64,000 bases of DNA from positions 953,329 to 1,017,328 of the forward strand of contig NMRA01000038.1 of the NCBI GenBank assembly GCA_002633005.1, in the 5' to 3' direction. Each line of letters begins with the position of its first letter. Position 1 is the first letter of the stretch. Under the pieces are notes generated by a model. The model saw nothing but the letters and a program-made list of their open reading frames with translations. It searched no databases and had not been told where the DNA came from. The translations under genes were made by a program, and so were the position numbers. The stretch is from Phoronis australis (lineage: Eukaryota; Animalia; Phoronida). Positions 1 through 64,000 of the stretch are shown here, piece by piece.

Positions 1-1590
1 GTTTAAGAAACGCCAACTTTTTCTTGTTAGAATGATGTTTTTACTTAAAACCAAAGAAGCAAAATAAAAATAAAGGGAATCTGTAAAATAATTTTTAAGG
101 AACTAATCTAGCTTACTTCGCATCTTTTCATGCTAAACTTCCACCGTGAAAATATCGTCTGCTACAGTAGGTAACCAATGGTTACTGAGTATAATGTCTA
201 ATTCAAAGGATCCTGGCGACACATTGCTCGCATTCAAACTGGAGATCAATGACTTACAAATGAAAGAAAATGACAGATAAATTTTACTGAATTAAAGATG
301 TCGTTTATTGAAATTGTGCATCTTATTTTTCATAGGGTATAAATGTCGGTACCATGCCATTTGTTGAACATGCGATTGTTGCGCGTGCTCATCGAAGTTT
401 TTTATTTTCTCATTCGATGACGTCAGCTGCTGCATGGTGCAGTAGTAAAGTCGACAACTCGAAACTCTTGCGAAGCGGGCTTGAAACCGGGCTCTGTTTC
501 CCGACAAAATGTTATTTAACGCCGTTAAATAACTAATTAATGGGTTTATTTAACGGTTGTATTGGCCATTTGAGGCTGATATTGTGGTATAAACTGATAT
601 ATTTTGGACTGAAACTGGTGATTTTTGAACTGTTTAGCTTCCTCGTTATTGTAAGATCTTTTATTACGTAAGGAAATAGGATGACAATTAGCCAAAATAG
701 ATGTTATGTTTCGTTCTCTGGTAGCTGTTTTAGTAACTCTTTGAACCAGGGTAGATAATTTGCTTGCTGGGCAAGCATATGAACACTAGATTGCTATTTG
801 GATTTAACCTCGTTTTGGAAATCCCTGTTGTCTGGAGTTAACACCAAACGATATGTTTTTGCAATGATTAGAGGCTTGGCACAATCCCATCAAAATTGTC
901 TCTGATTAAAGTTTGACAACACTCGACAATATTATCTTACTACAACAAAAGTTCCAGTTCATTTCTAAGCGATTAACCAGCCCTCGCTGTCTGGCAGTCT
1001 GGTAATTGGTTTTATTGGAATCAGCAATAGGTTTGTATGAGTGTTCGCATCTCCTGTTTGATCTCCTTGGCCTTGTCCACAAATTAAGTGTCTCAAAAAA
1101 CAGACATAGATACGCTCCAAACTTCGCAAATATGAAGTTAAGGGTGATTATTAGTTTCTGGTAATAATGGCACGCAACAACCTTCAGTATTTGTTAAAAT
1201 CTTTGAAAATTTTACCTCTGACATCACTTTGAATTTCTTTACCTTTTGCTGAATGATAAATGTTTAGTCATAACCATGGTATCAAAGAAAAGTCTTGTGG
1301 ACTCAATTTTTTGTTTTGGTAAAGCGACTTGTATCAGGAGATGGTGACATCTTTGCTGAAGTAAAATTTCCTCAGAAATGCTGTTCACTGGTAATTTAAT
1401 GTTCACAATTCCACTAAAATGAGAGTTATTCTGGCATTTCATTCCAAATTGCATGCAACCTTGTTAACAAAAAGTAGTTTATTGAAGAAATGGCACAAAA
1501 AAGTAATTTGACAATAGGTGGTGCTTTATTACATGCTTCTATAAATGGCCAATTGCCCTAACTGCTGCCTTCCATGTGCAACATTTCAGA

Positions 1591-2654
1591 TCTTACTGTG
1601 GTATTGGTTGTTCATCTTACTAACTGTGGTATTGGTTGTTCATCTTACTAACCGTGGTATTGGTTGTTCATCTTACTAACCGTGGTATTGGTTGTTCATC
1701 TTACTAACCGTGGTATTGGTTGTTCATCTTACTAACCGTGGTATTGGTTGTTCATCTTACTAACCGTGGTATTGGTTGTTCATCTTACTAACCGTGGTAT
1801 TGGTTGTTCATCTTACTAACCGTGGTATTGGTTGTTCATCTTACTAACCGTGGTATTGGTTGTTCATCTTACTAACCGTGGTATTGGTTGTTCATCTTAC
1901 TAACCGTGGTATTGGTTGTTCATCTTACTAACCGTGGTATTGGTTGTTCATCTTACTAACCGTGGTATTGGTTGTTCATCTTACTAACCGTGGTATTGGT
2001 TGTTCATCTTACTAACCGTGGTATTGGTTGTTCATCTTACTAACCGTGGTATTGGTTGTTCATCTTACTAACCGTGGTATTGGTTGTTCATCTTACTAAC
2101 CGTGGTATTGGTTGTTCATCTTACTAACCGTGGTATTGGTTGTTCATCTTACTAACCGTGGTATTGGTTGTTCATCTTACTAACCGTGGTATTGGTTGTT
2201 CATCTTACTAACCGTGGTATTGGTTGTTCATCTTACTAACCGTGGTATTGGTTGTTCATCTTACTAACCGTGGTATTGGTTGTTCATCTTACTAACCGTG
2301 GTATTGGTTGTTCATCTTACTAACCGTGGTATTGGTTGTTCATCTTACTAACCGTGGTATTGGTTGTTCATCTTACTAACCGTGGTATTGGTTGTTCATC
2401 TTACTAACCGTGGTATTGGTTGTTCATCTTACTAACCGTGGTATTGGTTGTTCATCTTACTAACCGTGGTATTGGTTGTTCATCTTACTAACCGTGGTAT
2501 TGGTTGTTCATCTTACTAACCGTGGTATTGGTTGTTCATCTTACTAACCGTGGTATTGGTTGTTCATCTTACTAACCGTGGTATTGGTTGTTCATCTTAC
2601 TAACCGTGGTATTGGTTGTTCATCTTACTAACCGTGGTATTGGTTGTTCATCTA
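1591..2654. repeat. Minisatellite, 28-bp unit TTACTAACCGTGGTATTGGTTGTTCATC, about 38 copies
   Basis: Directly visible; pattern recurs every 420 nt (15 units). Confidence 0.97.
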
Positions 2655-2692
2655 CTCTTGTGGTTTCTCAGAAATAGCTTAACAAACCAACC

Positions 2693-2921
2693 TATGGTAA
2701 AATCTCATCAATTTAGGACACAATATGGCGGACGAATGAAATTGTATTCTGTCATGCAGTACCAGAATGATGCTTTGCCATGTCTTAGTTGTGAACCATT
2801 GCTACCAGCAGGAAATATTTTGGAAAAATTGTGTGCATTCACAGCAATGTCAGAAGCCCTTGAAAAAAGTGCAATTTGGGCAGCTTCTATTTTTGTCTGA
2901 AATTGATGAGATTTTACTATA
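2693..2921. mobile_element. Tc1/mariner-type MITE (TA TSD), family B
   Basis: TA-TGGTAAAATCTCATCAATTT ... AAATTGATGAGATTTTACTA-TA. Confidence 0.7.
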
Positions 2922-3120
2922 ATACTTATCACCACTAAACTGCTTCAACAAATTAGTCGATAAATGTCAGAAGTGCCGTGTTTCCAGGGAATCGCCGTGA
3001 TGACTTACAAATTGACTGTTAAGTCAAATTCTAGTTGTCATTTTAAGTGTTTTAGAAGTTTCACAGATTTCTGCTGAGGTCTGAACTTGTTAGCAGTATT
3101 ATTTTTTCTTGCTTTTCCAG

Positions 3121-61346
<58,226 letters not shown>

Positions 61347-61388
61347 TCCCAGGTAAAGTTTCATCTGAGGATGATATGATCTATTATA

Positions 61389-62726
61389 TTATGCACCCAC
61401 ATGTTTATATGTGGAGGCATTATGCCGTCATCTCCGTCCGTCCAGCATCCGCTGCTCTGTCTCCAAAACCCTTTGACGTACGTTCATGAAATTTTGCACA
61501 TATATTCCTTTCATAAATGGGACAGCATGAGCTAATTTTCGGACGTACCCGATTACTGGTGTGCCCCCTTGTAACAATTTTAGTTTTGTTGTTACGCTTA
61601 CCTCTATATTTTCAAAGGTCCTCAACGTATTTTCATGAAATTTGGCATATAGGCATCTATGAGATGAAGGTGTCTTCCCATTTTTGGATGGATTCAACGT
61701 AGTTTGCGCCTCCTAGTGGCCATTTTTTGCTGTTTTTTAGTCTGTTTTTTGGCGTCCACCCCTTTATCAACCAAAGTGCTCGAAGGATGATTGTGAAAAT
61801 TGGCATGACTGTATGTTCTTACTATGAAAAGGACAGTTGACGATGATTTTCTGACGACTTCAACTACTGTGATGCCTCGTAGTGGCAGTTTGTTTTTTTT
61901 TGTGCCCATGGCTGTATATCCTAAACTGTTTGCAGGATTTTTGCTAAATTTAGCAAGTGTATTTATATGATGTTGACAACGGATGGCAACAACTTTTGGA
62001 CGGATCTGACTACCAGTGTGCCCCCAGTGGCAATTTTAGTTTTTTACGCTTACCTCTATATTTTCAAAGGTTCTCAACGTATTTTCATAAAATTAGGCAT
62101 ATAGGCATCTATTGGTGAGATGATGTTATCCTTCCATTTTCGGATGGAATCGAGGTACTTTGCACACCTAGTGGCCATTTTTTATGTTTTCGAGTCGGTT
62201 TTTTGTTGTACACCCCTTGATTAACCAAACCATTATAAGGATAATTTTGAAAATCGGTGTGTTTGTTCTCAGTGTGAAGAGGACAGTTGCCGATAACAAA
62301 TTCGACTACTGTGGCGCCTCCTAGTCATGATACTTTTGTTTTGTTTTGCGCCCATAGCTGCATCTCCTAAACACACTGCAGGATCTTTATTAAATTTAGC
62401 AATTGTATTTATATGAAGCTGACAACAGACAATGCAGACAGGCATATCCAATGAACGCTGTGCCCCATGTGGAAATTTCATTTTTTTCATTTTCCTTTGT
62501 TTATCTGAAGTTCCTTTACAGATTTTTATGAAATTTGGTAAATAGCTTTCTATTAAAGAAGCACTGGCATGTTCCCATTTTCAGATGGTATGTTCCCATT
62601 TTTAGATGGATTACACGTTTTTGCGCCATCTTGTGGCTATTTTTATGAAACAAATAAACAACCCTAGAAGCGCACCGTTTGCGGTGCATTTGTGGGCGCA
62701 TTTCAACGCTCTGCGTTGCCCTTGTT
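61389..62726 (+). mobile_element. Non-autonomous Helentron-type (DINE-1/HINE-like) element, longer copy with more internal tandem units
   Basis: ATGCACCCACA at the 5' end pairs with nearby TGTGGAGGCAT and with 3' TGTGGGCGCAT; CCGTCCGTCC; 3' palindrome GCACCGTTTGCGGTGC; units carrying CCCCTAGTGGC-like cores. Confidence 0.65.
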
Positions 62727-62985
62727 ACTGTTTTGGGGCTGTTTTTTGGTGTCTGCTACTCCATCATCATAACGTTCTGAGGATGATTTTGAAAATTGGT
62801 GTTTGTGTTCTCAGGCTGTAGATTCATAAAGTTTCTGTTTGTGGAAGGATGTTATTGTTTAAGTAGTCAGTACAAAGAAGAGTTTGTCAAAAGTTTTGTC
62901 AATAAACAAAACGTTTGACATTAGTTTATCATGTTATGTGATATATATATAGATATGTGAATCTTACACCGGCATGAAAATGTAG

Positions 62986-63054
62986 ATTGCAAACATTTTT
63001 AAGTCTGGTCAGCACCTGTTGGCAACATCACGTGACCTAATGAATTTAAGTCTG
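62986..63054 (-). mobile_element. 3' fragment of the same SINE
   Basis: Reverse complement of the 10460-10533 body. Confidence 0.6.
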
Positions 63055-64000
63055 TGATAAATTATGTGATATGTTTAAAATTATGGTAATTTTTAGTGAC
63101 AAAATGTGCTTTAGGGTCTATTTTGTCCAAATAATCTAATGCTGGTGGTACATTCTATTCCTAACAAAGATTTATCAAAGTTGAGTCAAATTTTCTGGAT
63201 AACCTCAGCAACAGGACTATATTTTGCTCATAAGGATCAGGGACTGCATTTTGTTAGAATAGTGTAGGTCTTCGACCCCTCCAGAACAAAACCTCCATTA
63301 TTATATCCACAGGAGGGTGAAGTATACCGGATTGGAGCAATGTACCATAGGTAAAACACTGGTGAATCAAAAATCTGTCACAAAATTAATGTCATTTAAA
63401 ATTTCACTCTTCCTTGAGTCAAATAAGTTGGTTATTGGCACGAAAACAACACGTTTAGCATGTTATCGTATTTGTGTAGTGATTGTATGTATTGGTTTGG
63501 AATGTCAGGAAATAGAGCATAACTTCTTGCCAAATTCCAGTTTTTACCAATTCTACAGTATTCGCCCTAATAAGCGCCTATACCCTTATAAGTGCCCCCC
63601 ATGCGTTTTCAGACTGCTAAAGTAAGTGCCCAGTCCATGAAGGCCATGTACATACAAAAAATGCCTTACCTACAGTTCTAAAATTCTACAGTAACGTCTT
63701 CAGTTTATCAATAAGATCCAACAGTCCTGAAAAAATCATTGTGCGCGGAATTTGTAGACCAGGAGCCTCGTCGCTATGTCGGTATTTAGCCGTGACTATA
63801 CACTTCAAACTTCCACCTTGCTTCAAAAAGAACGCAAGTTTTGCTGGTCTTGTGAGGGACGTGTCCTATTATGGTCTGGCCCTTCAGAACAGACGCAGCA
63901 TACTTGTCAAAGGGATTGTATTGTATCTTTCCCATACATATCTTCTCCCTCAACAGGAATCCAAATTACTTTGTACACGTGAAAACCACGAATCGAAGAC

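Noticed and set aside
1591-2654. CRISPR-like array (28-bp repeats)
   Set aside because: Repeats are head-to-tail with no unique spacers; eukaryotic intron context.

Overview
AT-rich animal (invertebrate-like) genomic DNA. The window is dominated by the 3' part of one large + strand multi-exon gene, BLTP2/KIAA0100 (Hobbit/FMP27-family bridge-like lipid transfer protein). I can splice 33 GT-AG exons by eye from 3121 to the stop at 61346 into one uninterrupted frame of about 1450 aa; the 5' end lies upstream of the window. One intron (26231-48152, about 22 kb) is far longer than the others. It holds a composite-like DNA transposon: a decayed DDE transposase between two ~662-bp long terminal DIRECT repeats, each bounded by its own short inverted repeats and an inner TTAA (KolobokP-type architecture), with a 248-N assembly gap inside. 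The same intron holds an L1/Tx1-type LINE relic with a nested MITE and a candidate antisense promoter/mini-gene. Other introns carry MITEs, tRNA-derived SINE pieces, Helentron-type non-autonomous elements rich in CTCF-like motifs, minisatellites, a long hairpin, and an 80-bp duplication of a splice-acceptor/exon junction. All family assignments are from motif recognition, not database searches.
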